From an uncultured bacterium (GTDB taxonomy: Bacteria; Gemmatimonadota; Gemmatimonadetes; Gemmatimonadales; Gemmatimonadaceae): a stretch of DNA of 64,000 nt. The first letter of the stretch is position 1. Each line of letters begins with the position of its first letter. The stretch spans positions 20,014 through 84,013 of the forward strand of contig CAXBQP010000004.1 of NCBI GenBank assembly GCA_963978095.1. Reading direction: 5' to 3'. A program made the translations under genes and the position numbers. Shown here in pieces: positions 1 to 9,544 of the stretch. Below the pieces are notes generated by a model. The model worked only from the letters and a program-made list of their open reading frames with translations. It did not search any database and was not told where the DNA came from.

Positions 1-969
1 GATGGCGATCAGCATCGTCGCCATCGAGAAGAGCGTATCGGCGACGGCGCCCATGCCCACCGCGAACATGTGGTGGGCCCACACGCCGAAGCCGAGGAAG
101 CCGATCATGATGCCCGAGTAGACCATCACGTTGTAGCCGAACAGCGGCTTCTTCGAGAAGGTCGGGAGGATCTCCGACACGAGTCCGAAGGCCGGGAGGA
201 TCAGGATGTACACCTCGGGATGGCCGAACACCCAGAACAAGTGCTGCCAGAGCAGCGGGTCGGCGCCCTTGGCGATGTCGTAGAAGGAGGTGCCGAAGAA
301 CCGATCGAACAGCAGGAAGACGAGCGCGATCGTGATGGCCGGGAAGGCGAGGATCAGGAGGAACTGCACCACGAACGACATCCAGGTGAACATCGGCATG
401 CGCATCAGGGTCATCCCCGGGGCGCGCATGTTGATGATCGTCGTGATGAAGTTGAAGGCGGCGGCCAGCGAGCTGATGCCCAGGATCTGCAGGCCCATCA
501 CCCAGAAGTCGATGTTCGCGCCGGGGGAGAACTGGTTCGTCGTCAGCGGGGCGTAGCCGAACCAGCCGCCGTTCGGCGCGACATGGAAGAAGATCGGGAA
601 GGTGATGAACACCGCACCGAGCACGTACACCCAGTAGCTGAAGGCGTTGAGGCGCGGGAAGGCCACGTCCCGCGCGCCGATCTGCAGCGGGATCAGGTAG
701 TTGAAGAACGCGGCCGAGAGCGGCATGATGGCGAGGAACACCATCGTGGTGCCGTGCATCGTGAACAGCTGGTTGTACATCTCGGCGCTGACGATCGCCT
801 GGTTCGGCTGGGCGAGCTGCCAACGGATGAGCCCCGCTTCGAGTCCGCCGAAGAGGAAGAAGAAGAGGGCGGTGAAGAGATACATCGAGCCGATCCGCTT
901 GTGATCGACGGTGGTGATCCAGCTCCAGATGCCAGTCTGCTCGGGAGCGGAGGAGGCGTAGGTGGCCAT
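1..969 (-). CDS. ctaD: Cytochrome c oxidase subunit I (A1-type heme-copper oxidase), 3' part runs off the window edge
   Basis: Manual translation from ATG at 969: [27 protein letters not shown]...[12 protein letters not shown]...[11 protein letters not shown]...[11 protein letters not shown]. Not in the ORF track because there is no stop inside the window. Confidence 0.96.
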   Translation of the reverse strand, partial: MATYASSAPEQTGIWSWITTVDHKRIGSMYLFTALFFFLFGGLEAGLIRWQLAQPNQAIVSAEMYNQLFTMHGTTMVFLAIMPLSAAFFNYLIPLQIGARDVAFPRLNAFSYWVYVLGAVFITFPIFFHVAPNGGWFGYAPLTTNQFSPGANIDFWVMGLQILGISSLAAAFNFITTIINMRAPGMTLMRMPMFTWMSFVVQFLLILAFPAITIALVFLLFDRFFGTSFYDIAKGADPLLWQHLFWVFGHPEVYILILPAFGLVSEILPTFSKKPLFGYNVMVYSGIMIGFLGFGVWAHHMFAVGMGAVADTLFSMATMLIAI

Positions 970-988
970 GTGAGTTCTGTCCTCGCGC

Positions 989-2239
989 TTACTTGAGCGC
1001 CATCAGATAGGCGACGATGTCGGCGATCTGCCGGTCGTCGAGGCCCGCGGCGAGCTTCTTGCCCGTCTGGGGGTCGAGCTCCCCCGTGCCGAGTGTCGGC
1101 ATGATGGAGCCGGGCTTCATCATGCGGGCGTTCTTGAGCCAGCGGGCGAGCGTCTTGGCGTCGGCGGTGTAGATGCCACCGGCGATCGTGTGGCGCGTGC
1201 CGAAATGGGTCAGGTTCGGGCCCGAGGCCGCGTCATCCGTCAGCCCCATGGCCGTCATCTCACCCTTCACGATGTGGCAGGTCAGGCAGGGCGCCTTGCC
1301 CATGTTGGCCATGTTCGTGATCAGTTCACGACCGGCGGCCACATTCCCCTGCGGCAAGAGCGTGTCGTCGAACTTGACTTCGCGATCGCCCGTGGGGAGC
1401 GGCGTGCTGGGGATGGCGTGCGTCGGGATCCGGCCGACCGGGAAGGCGTAGCCGCTGTCGGTCGCCGCGGCGACGGCGGGAGCGGCCGCAGTCGCGGTCG
1501 CGGAGCCGAGCCCCGGCGTCTTCTGATGCTCGACCCACTTGCCGAAATCCGCGTCCGACACGGTGTAGACGTGGAAGCGCATGTTGGCATGCGACGAACC
1601 ACAGTACTCGGTGCAGAAGCCATTGAACACCTGATCGGCGAGATCGGCGTTCGGCGTGTACCAGAGATAGTTGGTCTTGTTCGAGATCAGGTCGCGCTTG
1701 CCGCCGAGATTCGGCGTCCAGAAGGAGTGGAGCACGTCCTTGGTCCGGAGCGCGAAGTTCACCGTGCGGCCCGCCGGAATGTAGAGCTCGTTCGCCGTGG
1801 TGACGCCCAGTTCCGGGTACCGGAACTCCCACCACCACTGGTGACCGATGACCTCCACCTGCAGCGACCCCGTGGACGCCTTGGCCTGCGTCTTGAAGAT
1901 CGTCTGAACCGTCGGAATCGCGATCATCACGAGAATGAGCGCCGGGATCGCGGTCCAGGTGATCTCCAGTACCGCGTTGCCGTGCACCTGCTTCGGCGCA
2001 GGGCTGTCCGGGCGCTTCCGGAACTTGAAGATCGTGACGAGGAGGAGCACCTCGACGAAAACGAACACGATGGTCCCGAACAGGAGCAGTCGGTTCCAGA
2101 GCGCGTCGGTCGCGGTGTTCAGATCGGTGAGATGCGTGAACGTGGAGTTGGGGTACTGATCTCCACACGCCGCCAGCGCCAGCGCAGCCACCGCAACGAC
2201 CAGGGCGGTGGGGAGCCGGCGCGAATGCTTACCGGGCAT
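989..2239 (-). CDS. ctaC: Cytochrome c oxidase subunit II with fused C-terminal cytochrome c (caa3-type), lipoprotein
   Basis: Lipobox LAAC, GHQWWW, CuA ligands HSFW...[12 protein letters not shown], heme motif CLTCH, PNLT and distal Met (IMP). Start is 2239 or 2275. Confidence 0.95.
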   Translation of the reverse strand: MPGKHSRRLPTALVVAVAALALAACGDQYPNSTFTHLTDLNTATDALWNRLLLFGTIVFVFVEVLLLVTIFKFRKRPDSPAPKQVHGNAVLEITWTAIPALILVMIAIPTVQTIFKTQAKASTGSLQVEVIGHQWWWEFRYPELGVTTANELYIPAGRTVNFALRTKDVLHSFWTPNLGGKRDLISNKTNYLWYTPNADLADQVFNGFCTEYCGSSHANMRFHVYTVSDADFGKWVEHQKTPGLGSATATAAAPAVAAATDSGYAFPVGRIPTHAIPSTPLPTGDREVKFDDTLLPQGNVAAGRELITNMANMGKAPCLTCHIVKGEMTAMGLTDDAASGPNLTHFGTRHTIAGGIYTADAKTLARWLKNARMMKPGSIMPTLGTGELDPQTGKKLAAGLDDRQIADIVAYLMALK

Positions 2240-2305
2240 TACACAGAGTCCTTTCTGATGATGTGAGTCGGGCATGAAGTTCGGGCGATGCCCCCGACCG
2301 ACTTA

Positions 2306-2334
2306 ACAGTATTCGGCGACGTTTGACAGAGCAA
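2306..2334 (-). promoter_or_regulatory. Putative sigma70 promoter of the caa3 operon
   Basis: Minus strand TTGCTC-17 nt-TACTGT. Confidence 0.55.
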
Positions 2335-2370
2335 CCCGAAAGGATGGGTAGGGATGCTATCCTTTCGGGT
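2334..2370. promoter_or_regulatory. Perfect 12-bp inverted repeat abutting the -35 element, probable transcription-factor site
   Basis: ACCCGAAAGGAT-13 nt-ATCCTTTCGGGT. Confidence 0.55.
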
Positions 2371-2600
2371 AGGTCTCGGACCGATGGCTTTCAGTAAGTG
2401 TAAGCCCCTCAACAGGTTAGCGTCATGAAATTGACGGGCGAACGGGGACGCCGGCGTGCATGATACGACCGCCGGTACCGATGTTGGGGGCCCCAACCGC
2501 GGAGCGATCGCTGAAACCACCGTGCAGGGATCGGCTTGTGCCGCGTCCGGCCCGCGGTGACGACCCGCTCCGCACGGCGGCTCGCGGACATCCGGTCCCG

Positions 2601-3134
2601 CTAGTCGAGCAACCAGGCGGAGAGCTGGTCGGCGAGACGCCGCCGCTGTTCGGGGCTCAGGTGTCGCGCGCCACGCACGGTCCCCACGCATCGCGTACTG
2701 CCGCAGTGGCACGCGAAGGGCTCCGCCATGTCGTGTTCCGTGGTGTTGTAGTCGAACGTGATGGCCTCTCCCACGTGTATGTCGCGGCAGGCATGTACGC
2801 TCCGATCACGGATGCGGACCGTCGGTTCGCAATGGTGGTTCATGTAGCGCCAGAAGTAGCGCTGCACGACCTCTTCCTCACTGCGTGCGCAGTCCTGATC
2901 CAGGTGCAGCGTGGCGCCCACCTGAAGCGAGTATCGGGTTGGGCTCGGCGTTTCACGTCCCGAGAGGTGGAAGAGCACGGTGCCTGCTGCGATCGGCGCC
3001 GTGGCGATCAGTCGTCGGTCGTCCGCGGTCACGAGCACGCCGACGATCGAGGAATCGCATGGCAAGAGCGTCCCCGGGGGCGTCCCCGGGGATGCGGCTG
3101 CACTCGGGTGCTGCTCAGCGTCGGTGATGTCCAC
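2601..3134 (-). CDS. SET-domain protein (lysine methyltransferase-like) with post-SET Zn motif
   Basis: YMNHHCEP, GEAITFDY, post-SET CHCGSTRCVG. Confidence 0.88.
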   Translation of the reverse strand: MDITDAEQHPSAAASPGTPPGTLLPCDSSIVGVLVTADDRRLIATAPIAAGTVLFHLSGRETPSPTRYSLQVGATLHLDQDCARSEEEVVQRYFWRYMNHHCEPTVRIRDRSVHACRDIHVGEAITFDYNTTEHDMAEPFACHCGSTRCVGTVRGARHLSPEQRRRLADQLSAWLLD

Positions 3135-3152
3135 GCGCGGTGTGCGCCGACG

Positions 3153-5258
3153 TCAGGCGCCGCAACCGCCGGCGCGGCCGCCACCGCGACCACCAGCGGC
3201 AGGCATGGTCGTCGGCGCCGCGATCGACGCGGGGTCCCCCTTGGGCCAGACGTTGTCGGAGGGATCGTGGTCGGGGAACCGGCAATAGGGATCGAAGACG
3301 ACCTTCTCGACCCTGCGCCCGCCGAAGTTGAGCGCTGCGGTGAAGGTCCGGCTCCCCGCGAACCAGACATCCACGGGGTACGTGACGAGCGCCGTGACGC
3401 TGTCGAGCATCCTGGCGTTTCGCATCGGCGTGATCGGCCCTCCCTTCGCCGCGAGGACGACCTTGAGGACAACTGGCGAAGGCATCTGCCCATCTTGACG
3501 CACCACGACGTTGGTCGTGGCGCCCTTCGTCGTCACGCTCGCGATCGAGCCGTCCACGCTCTCGGTGGTGAAGAGCCAATAGTACCAGAACCAGCTCAGG
3601 TCCTGCTTGAGCGCGCGGTTCATGAAGAACATGTAGTCCCACGGCGAGGGATGCTTGAACATCCAGGTCTTGCCCCACTCGCTCTGCGCCTTCCACACGG
3701 CGGAATCGCCGACGATCCCGCCCAGCATCGAGAGCATGAGCGGGGTCTTGGAGTAGGTGGTGAAGCTGTAGAACTGCGGGCCGGCGTAGTTCGCGTTCCA
3801 CATCATCGGCGGCTCGGCTTCGTTGCCGCTGGTGCGCCCGTACGATTGACCGGCGCCGTCGAGGTTCGGCGCGGTTTTGCGGCTGTCGGCGGCGGAGAGG
3901 ATGTTCATGTACTGATTGAAGCCCTCGTCCATCCAGCCGTACCAGGTCTCGTTGTTGGAGACGGTCATGGGCCACCACTGGTGCCCCGTCTCGTGATCGG
4001 CGGCGCCCTGGTTGGAGTTGATGACCATGGGGTACTCCATGCCGGCGCTGGGGCCGTCCTGGAGCGTCATTTGCGGAAACTGGTACGGGAACCAGATGCC
4101 TGAGTAAAACTCGAGCGCGTGGCGCGTGATGGGGCCCGCGTTGGCAAAGAGGCCCGCATCACCGGGCAGGAAGTACATGTTGACCGGGATCGCGCGCTTG
4201 CCCGGGATCGTGGCGCGGGTGGCAGACCAGTTGAACTTCTTGGCGGTGGCCCAGGCGAAGTCGTTCACCGTGTCGGCGACGAAGTGCCAGGTCAGGCGAT
4301 CGCCGGCGGCGGTCGCCTTCCCGGGACCTGCTTCATCGGTCCCCACGATCGTCAGGACCTCGTCGCTCTCGAGCACGTGGGAGAGGCGCTCGCGCGCGGT
4401 GGCGGTGAGGACCTGTTCCGGGTTCTGCAGCACGCCCGTTCCGCTCACGATCCAACCGGCGGGGACGCTGATGCGCACGTCGAACCTGCCGAAATTATTG
4501 TAGAACTCCGAGGGGCCGAGGTAGAGCTCCGGGTCCCAGCCGCGGAGGTCGTCATAGACGGCGACACGCGGATACCATTGCGTGGGCTGGTACAGCGTGT
4601 CTGCCCAGCGCTGGATCATGCGGTGGTTGGCCCCCGGACCGCCGGGGATCTTGTGGCTCCACTCGACCTCGAGCGTCGCGCGTCCCTTGGCGGGGATCGG
4701 ATTCACGAGCGCGATGGTCGCACGGCTCGTGTTCATGCCACTCGCGCGATTCTCGGTCGGGGCACCACCGGTGCCACCGCCACGTCCGCCGCGGCCGCCG
4801 GCCACGGGCGCGAGATTCACCGGCTGGCCGTTCACGGTGATCTTGGTGATGACGAAGCCATCGGTGTTCTCGCTCGGGATCCAGGGGGCGAGGTGCGGGC
4901 TCTGGAAGAGGAAGAGGTTCTGGTCGAGCCGCATCACGATGCTCGCGAGCGAGTCGGCGGTGTTGTTGCTGATGACGATCGACTCACGCCCGGTGATCCG
5001 CGAGGTTGACGGATCGAGCGTGGCGTTGATCGTGTAGTCGGTGCGCAACTGCGCGTAGTTCTTGCCCGGTCGGCCCGTGGAGTCGCGCGTGCCGGCGGCG
5101 AAGGCCTTCCGGATGATGTTCGTGAGCGGGATGTCGCGGCGCACGGCGCGCTCAGGGAGCGTAGCTCCGGTCTGGGCACGGAGCGGGATGGCGATCGTGC
5201 TGTCGGCGAGCGCGCTACCGGCGAGGAGCGCCAGCAGGAGTCGTGAGCGGAGTGTCAT
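3153..5258 (-). CDS. Secreted M1-family metallo-aminopeptidase
   Basis: Signal peptide, GMEYP, HETGH...WMDEG (HEXXH-X18-E). Confidence 0.9.
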   Translation of the reverse strand: MTLRSRLLLALLAGSALADSTIAIPLRAQTGATLPERAVRRDIPLTNIIRKAFAAGTRDSTGRPGKNYAQLRTDYTINATLDPSTSRITGRESIVISNNTADSLASIVMRLDQNLFLFQSPHLAPWIPSENTDGFVITKITVNGQPVNLAPVAGGRGGRGGGTGGAPTENRASGMNTSRATIALVNPIPAKGRATLEVEWSHKIPGGPGANHRMIQRWADTLYQPTQWYPRVAVYDDLRGWDPELYLGPSEFYNNFGRFDVRISVPAGWIVSGTGVLQNPEQVLTATARERLSHVLESDEVLTIVGTDEAGPGKATAAGDRLTWHFVADTVNDFAWATAKKFNWSATRATIPGKRAIPVNMYFLPGDAGLFANAGPITRHALEFYSGIWFPYQFPQMTLQDGPSAGMEYPMVINSNQGAADHETGHQWWPMTVSNNETWYGWMDEGFNQYMNILSAADSRKTAPNLDGAGQSYGRTSGNEAEPPMMWNANYAGPQFYSFTTYSKTPLMLSMLGGIVGDSAVWKAQSEWGKTWMFKHPSPWDYMFFMNRALKQDLSWFWYYWLFTTESVDGSIASVTTKGATTNVVVRQDGQMPSPVVLKVVLAAKGGPITPMRNARMLDSVTALVTYPVDVWFAGSRTFTAALNFGGRRVEKVVFDPYCRFPDHDPSDNVWPKGDPASIAAPTTMPAAGGRGGGRAGGCGA

Positions 5259-5263
5259 GGATG

Positions 5264-5302
5264 GCCTCGGGGTGAAGCAGAGAAGCTACTTCACCCCGAG
5301 GC
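5264..5302 (-). promoter_or_regulatory. Strong hairpin covering the ribosome-binding site of the M1 peptidase gene
   Basis: GCCTCGGGGTGAAG / CTTCACCCCGAGGC 14-bp perfect stem; on the mRNA the GAGG is in the 3' arm 6 nt before the ATG. Confidence 0.55.
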
Positions 5303-5325
5303 GATTGGCGACGTCTCACCCACGG

Positions 5326-5511
5326 TCATCCTCGAAACGCCGCCTTGGCGTCGGCGATGCCGCCGCCGTCGATCACATGGCGGTATCCGAGCGCCCCGAG
5401 TTCGCGGGCGGTCATCGCGGAGCGTACGCCGCTGGCGCAGTACACGAGGATCCGGCTGTCCCGGGTGATCTCCGGGCGCTCGGCGAGCGCCGGGCCCATG
5501 CGTCCGACCGG
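5326..5511 (-). pseudogene. Truncated rhodanese-like domain (C-terminal half only)
   Basis: PVGRMGPALAERPEITRDSRILVYCASGVRSAMTARELGALGYRHVIDGGGI; the N-terminal DVR...GH half is absent and the upstream gene stops at 5532. Confidence 0.7.
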
Positions 5512-5531
5512 TCGAGGTCGGCATTGATGCG

Positions 5532-8500
5532 CTACTTGTTCGCGTCCAGCAACTTCTTCCGCTCCTGCCAACTCTGTCCATCGGTGATCCACTTCGCCGC
5601 GGGCTCCCCCTTGAGGTAGTGCGCGAACCACTGGAGGATCCGCCGCTCGTAGTCGACGGCGTTCTCCTTCTTCCCGAGTCCATGCCCCTCGCCGGGGTAC
5701 AACAGCATCACGACCTCCTTCCCGGCACGGCGGGCGTAGTTGTAGAACTCCACGCCCTGCCGCATGTCCACGGTCGGGTCGTCGCCGCCGATCTCCAGCA
5801 GCAGCGACTTGGCGGGCATCACCGCCACTTTGTCGAGCGGGGAGTTCTTCACCATCGCCTCCGTGTCCTCCCACGGGGCGACCTCCATGCGGAACTGCCC
5901 CGTCTCCCAGTGATCGAACTCAGGGACGGAGCTCCAGTGCATCTGTCCCGCGAAGCTGATCATGTCACTGATCCCCGCCCCCGCCACCGCGGTCGCGAAC
6001 AGGGTGCTGTGCGTGGCGAGGAAATACGCCTCGTATCCCCCCTGGGAATGTCCGGTGTGCCCGATCCGCGCCGGATCCACGAGCCCGCGTGCGATCACCG
6101 CCTTCACCGCCGCTTCCACCGAGTACAGCACCGACAGCCCGGGCTCGCGCGGCCGGAAGACGATATCCGGCATGAGCACGAAGTAGCCGTTCTGCGTGAA
6201 CACGTTCGCGTTGTAGTAATCGTTCTCGCGCGGCGTGATGTACCGATGGATCCCCTGCGTCAGCAACTCGTAGGTGTAGACGATCATCGGGTACTTCTTC
6301 TTCGCGTCGTAGTTGGCCGGGTAGTAGAGGATCGCCTGCAGGGGCTTCCCGATGGTGCTCGTGAAGTCCATCAGCTCCGTCTTCCCCCACGCGTATTCGC
6401 GCTGGAACGCGTTCGTCGTCGCGATGGTCACGCCGTTCGCGAGCTCAGGGCCCGACGCGTACAGCGTCGGCGACTCCGCAAAACTCTGTCGCGTCAAGAG
6501 GAACCGCTCCGCGCTGTCAGCCTTCGCGAGTCCACCGATCGACTGATCGGCGAGCAGCAACCGCTGCACCTCACCAGAGGGCATGAGCCGCGCATAACCG
6601 CTCTTCTTGCTGCGCGAGCCGTACAAGGCGAGATACACGGGCTTCGCCAGATCGACGCCCCGCTCCCCGTTCGACGCCGCGAATCCTCCGCCGCCGAATC
6701 CGGCACCGCCGAAGGTCACCACTCGATGCTGCAGCTTCTCCGCCGCCCCGTTCGTGAGCCGCGCCCCGCCAGAGCCATCGAGTGCGAGCGACCAGAGGTC
6801 GTACGCACTGTTCACCAACATGCGCGAGCCATCCTTGGACCAGGTCGGTTGGCCGATCCCCGGGAGCACGTCGGTCGGATGGTCGTCCTCGCGGTCGACG
6901 AAGTCGATCTTCTGCCCGCCGGTGAGCGTCGCGGTGAGATTCGTCCGGGTGCCGGTGGCGAGCTCGAGCGCCCAGTAGTCGCGGCCGTCGAACCAGGCGA
7001 CGCGCTTGCCCGTGGGATCGGCGCCGAAGTAGTGGCGCACCTTCTCCAGCACCCGCGCGCGCGCGCCGCTCGCAATGTCGATCGTCCAGACATCCTGGTC
7101 GCGACGCCCGAACTTCTGACCGAACGGATACGGTTTGCGGTCGATCTCGGTCGCGACGCGGTCGCCCTCGAGCACGGTCGCCGTTTCAGCCGGATCGCTC
7201 CCGATCCGTACCACCGCGTTGCCGGCGAGGTGCCAGGCGGCGAGCGACGTGGCGCGCAGATCGCGCTGCTCCGACGCGCGCTGCTCGGGGATCACATGCA
7301 CGTCCTTGGTGTGCCAGATCTCGACGTCGGAGATCTTCTCCTCGCTCTTCTTGGGGGCGTCGGCGACTGCCTCGCGTGTGCGGAGACCCAGGTACAGCGT
7401 GCGGCCATCCTTGCTCCAGCGCGGCAGGCGATACTCCGCCACCCGCTGTCCGGCCGGAATCGCCGCCGCGCCGGCTTCCAGCGTACGCGCCGTGCTCGCG
7501 GGCGAGGTCACGCCGCTCCAAGCGAGCACCGTATGCGCGGTGTCGCTGTAGGCGCGGTCCACGGCGGTTCGGAGCACCGCGAGATCCTCCGACTTGGCAC
7601 GCCACGCGAGCCCACGGTAGATCGACGACGAGGACTCGAGCACCCGCACCGTGCTGTTGCTCCCGTCGAACAGCTGGACGCTGTTCCCGGTCGCGCCATC
7701 GACCGTCATGGTGAAGGCGAGCAACGCCTTCGAATCCGCCCACGCCTGTTCGGCGACACTCGGGAAGACGAGCCGTGTCCCGGTGGCGAGCTCCTGCACG
7801 ATCACATCCTGCACCCGCTTTCCTTCGGCGGCGTACCGCGTCATGGCGATGAAGTGGCCATCGCCGCTCAGGGAGAAGCTCGCGACATCGCGGAGCGAGC
7901 TGGTCGCGCCGCTCGTGAGATCGCGCACGATGATCCCCGTGTGCACCGGCTTCTTGTCCTTGGTGAGCTGCTCACGCTCCTTGGGTGAGACACCCACCAA
8001 GTAGGCCACCCAGCGCGAGTCCGGCGTGAAGCTGGGGTTCGTGGCATACGGGATCACGATCGTGGTGTCGCGCGCGCCACCGCGCAGGCGGAGTTCGTTC
8101 TCCTCATTGCCGCGCGAGATGTTCACCGCGATCCACCGGCCGTTCGGTGCGAAACGCGCGGCTCCGAGCGACTCCCACTTGCCGAAGTCCTTCGGCGTGA
8201 GCGCGGGCTTCTCGCCGGGCTTGAGCGGCGTCCCCGCCATGCGCCGCAGCTCGATCTCCGACACGATGAACCCGAACCCCGCCCACCCGCCACTGGCCAC
8301 GGACCGCTCGAAATACCGACGGGCGCGCGCACTGTCCCCTTTCGCGAGATACCAGTTCCCGATCCCGAAGGCGAGCGTCGCGACCTGCACGTCAGCGGTA
8401 TCGGCCGCGGTGAAGACCTGCTCCGGGTCGGTGAGTCCGCGGTACATGCGCAGTCGGGCGGCGTACGCGTTGTCCACCGGCAGCGAGTCCGGATGCCGAT

Positions 8501-9074
8501 CGAGCATCGCCTTGGCCGCGGCATGCTTGCCCGCGCGCGAGAGCGACATCCACAGCCAGTCGGTGGAACCTGCGAGCTCCCCAGCGTCCGGGGCCTTCGG
8601 GAGCGCATGCGTGAACGCCTCGGCCGCACCGTTGAAATCCCCCTCGGCGAATCGGATCACGCCGAGGTGGTACCAGAGCCCGTAGATCGCACTGTCACGC
8701 GCGATGCCGCGGGTGAGGTCGGCTTTCCCCTTGTCGAGCTCGCGGATCGAGAGGTACCGATGGCCGCGCCAGCGCAGCAGCAGCGCGTCGTCGGGGTGTG
8801 CAGCGAGTCCCCTGCTGAACGTCTCCACCGCCTCCCGCATCTGGCGCGCGCCGGCCTGCGCGGTGCCGAGCGCGACGATCTTGTCGATGTTCGTGGGGTC
8901 GGCGGCCAGCGCCTTGGCCGCCTGCGCCACCTTACCGTCGGCATCAGGGAACGAGCGGTACTCGACGCCCGCGGGCGAGCGGTACTGCAGTGTGGTCTGC
9001 GCCGAGGCCTGGGCCATCAGGGGCGCGACGTGAACGAGCGCGGCGATCAGCGCCGCAGAGCGGAGTCGGAACAT
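5532..9074 (-). CDS. Secreted TPR-domain + S9 (prolyl oligopeptidase-family) peptidase fusion
   Basis: Signal peptide from MFRLRSAALI, ~260 aa TPR-like helical repeats, beta-propeller region, nucleophile GHSQGG, DPTVD, GEGH. Confidence 0.88.
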   Translation of the reverse strand: MFRLRSAALIAALVHVAPLMAQASAQTTLQYRSPAGVEYRSFPDADGKVAQAAKALAADPTNIDKIVALGTAQAGARQMREAVETFSRGLAAHPDDALLLRWRGHRYLSIRELDKGKADLTRGIARDSAIYGLWYHLGVIRFAEGDFNGAAEAFTHALPKAPDAGELAGSTDWLWMSLSRAGKHAAAKAMLDRHPDSLPVDNAYAARLRMYRGLTDPEQVFTAADTADVQVATLAFGIGNWYLAKGDSARARRYFERSVASGGWAGFGFIVSEIELRRMAGTPLKPGEKPALTPKDFGKWESLGAARFAPNGRWIAVNISRGNEENELRLRGGARDTTIVIPYATNPSFTPDSRWVAYLVGVSPKEREQLTKDKKPVHTGIIVRDLTSGATSSLRDVASFSLSGDGHFIAMTRYAAEGKRVQDVIVQELATGTRLVFPSVAEQAWADSKALLAFTMTVDGATGNSVQLFDGSNSTVRVLESSSSIYRGLAWRAKSEDLAVLRTAVDRAYSDTAHTVLAWSGVTSPASTARTLEAGAAAIPAGQRVAEYRLPRWSKDGRTLYLGLRTREAVADAPKKSEEKISDVEIWHTKDVHVIPEQRASEQRDLRATSLAAWHLAGNAVVRIGSDPAETATVLEGDRVATEIDRKPYPFGQKFGRRDQDVWTIDIASGARARVLEKVRHYFGADPTGKRVAWFDGRDYWALELATGTRTNLTATLTGGQKIDFVDREDDHPTDVLPGIGQPTWSKDGSRMLVNSAYDLWSLALDGSGGARLTNGAAEKLQHRVVTFGGAGFGGGGFAASNGERGVDLAKPVYLALYGSRSKKSGYARLMPSGEVQRLLLADQSIGGLAKADSAERFLLTRQSFAESPTLYASGPELANGVTIATTNAFQREYAWGKTELMDFTSTIGKPLQAILYYPANYDAKKKYPMIVYTYELLTQGIHRYITPRENDYYNANVFTQNGYFVLMPDIVFRPREPGLSVLYSVEAAVKAVIARGLVDPARIGHTGHSQGGYEAYFLATHSTLFATAVAGAGISDMISFAGQMHWSSVPEFDHWETGQFRMEVAPWEDTEAMVKNSPLDKVAVMPAKSLLLEIGGDDPTVDMRQGVEFYNYARRAGKEVVMLLYPGEGHGLGKKENAVDYERRILQWFAHYLKGEPAAKWITDGQSWQERKKLLDANK

Positions 9075-9113
9075 GCGCGGGAGCCCGAAGGAGGAGAGAG
9101 AACCGGTCAAAAG

Positions 9114-9542
9114 CTACCGCGTCTCGTGCGAATCCGCCTCCGGTGCAGTGTCCCCGCCGTCCGCTGTGGACGCCTCGAGCGCCTCGTCGGGGACGGCGTG
9201 CTTCTCCTTCACCCGGCGCTGTGCGAGCTCCATTGCGGTGCGCAGTTGCGCGACGTGTTCACGGAGGGCGCGGACCTTGGTCGCGTCGCTTCCGCCGCGA
9301 CCAACGACCAGCAGCATGGAGGAGACGAGATCGGCGATCATGCCGAACTGCCCCTTGAGCTGTCCTTGGAGTGGCACCGCCAGGCGTTTCACCTGCTGCG
9401 GCGCCATGCCGATCGCGCGCTGATTCTTCACATCGTTCGCCATCCGCTCGACCACCGCATGGATGCCGGACAGCGCCATCAGGCCGTCCTCGAGGGTCTT
9501 GAGCTTCAGGGTGCCGGCCCCGTCGAGTTTCACCGGGGGCAT
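9114..9542 (-). CDS. Hypothetical helical protein, coupled to aspA
   Basis: MPPVKLDGAG... ATG lies 2 nt after the aspA stop; good GC3 codon usage. Confidence 0.75.
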   Translation of the reverse strand: MPPVKLDGAGTLKLKTLEDGLMALSGIHAVVERMANDVKNQRAIGMAPQQVKRLAVPLQGQLKGQFGMIADLVSSMLLVVGRGGSDATKVRALREHVAQLRTAMELAQRRVKEKHAVPDEALEASTADGGDTAPEADSHETR

Positions 9543-9544
9543 GG

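Noticed and set aside
70..996. 308-aa plus-strand ORF and similar long antisense ORFs (5619-7988, 18176-20401, 38499-40631, 43959-46109, 61815-63962)
   Set aside because: Shadow ORFs opposite well-supported genes, expected from high-GC codon bias; no motifs.
5512..5874. 182-aa ORF 5326-5874 as a full-length rhodanese
   Set aside because: The upstream part is an alternative frame of the S9 gene with no rhodanese features.
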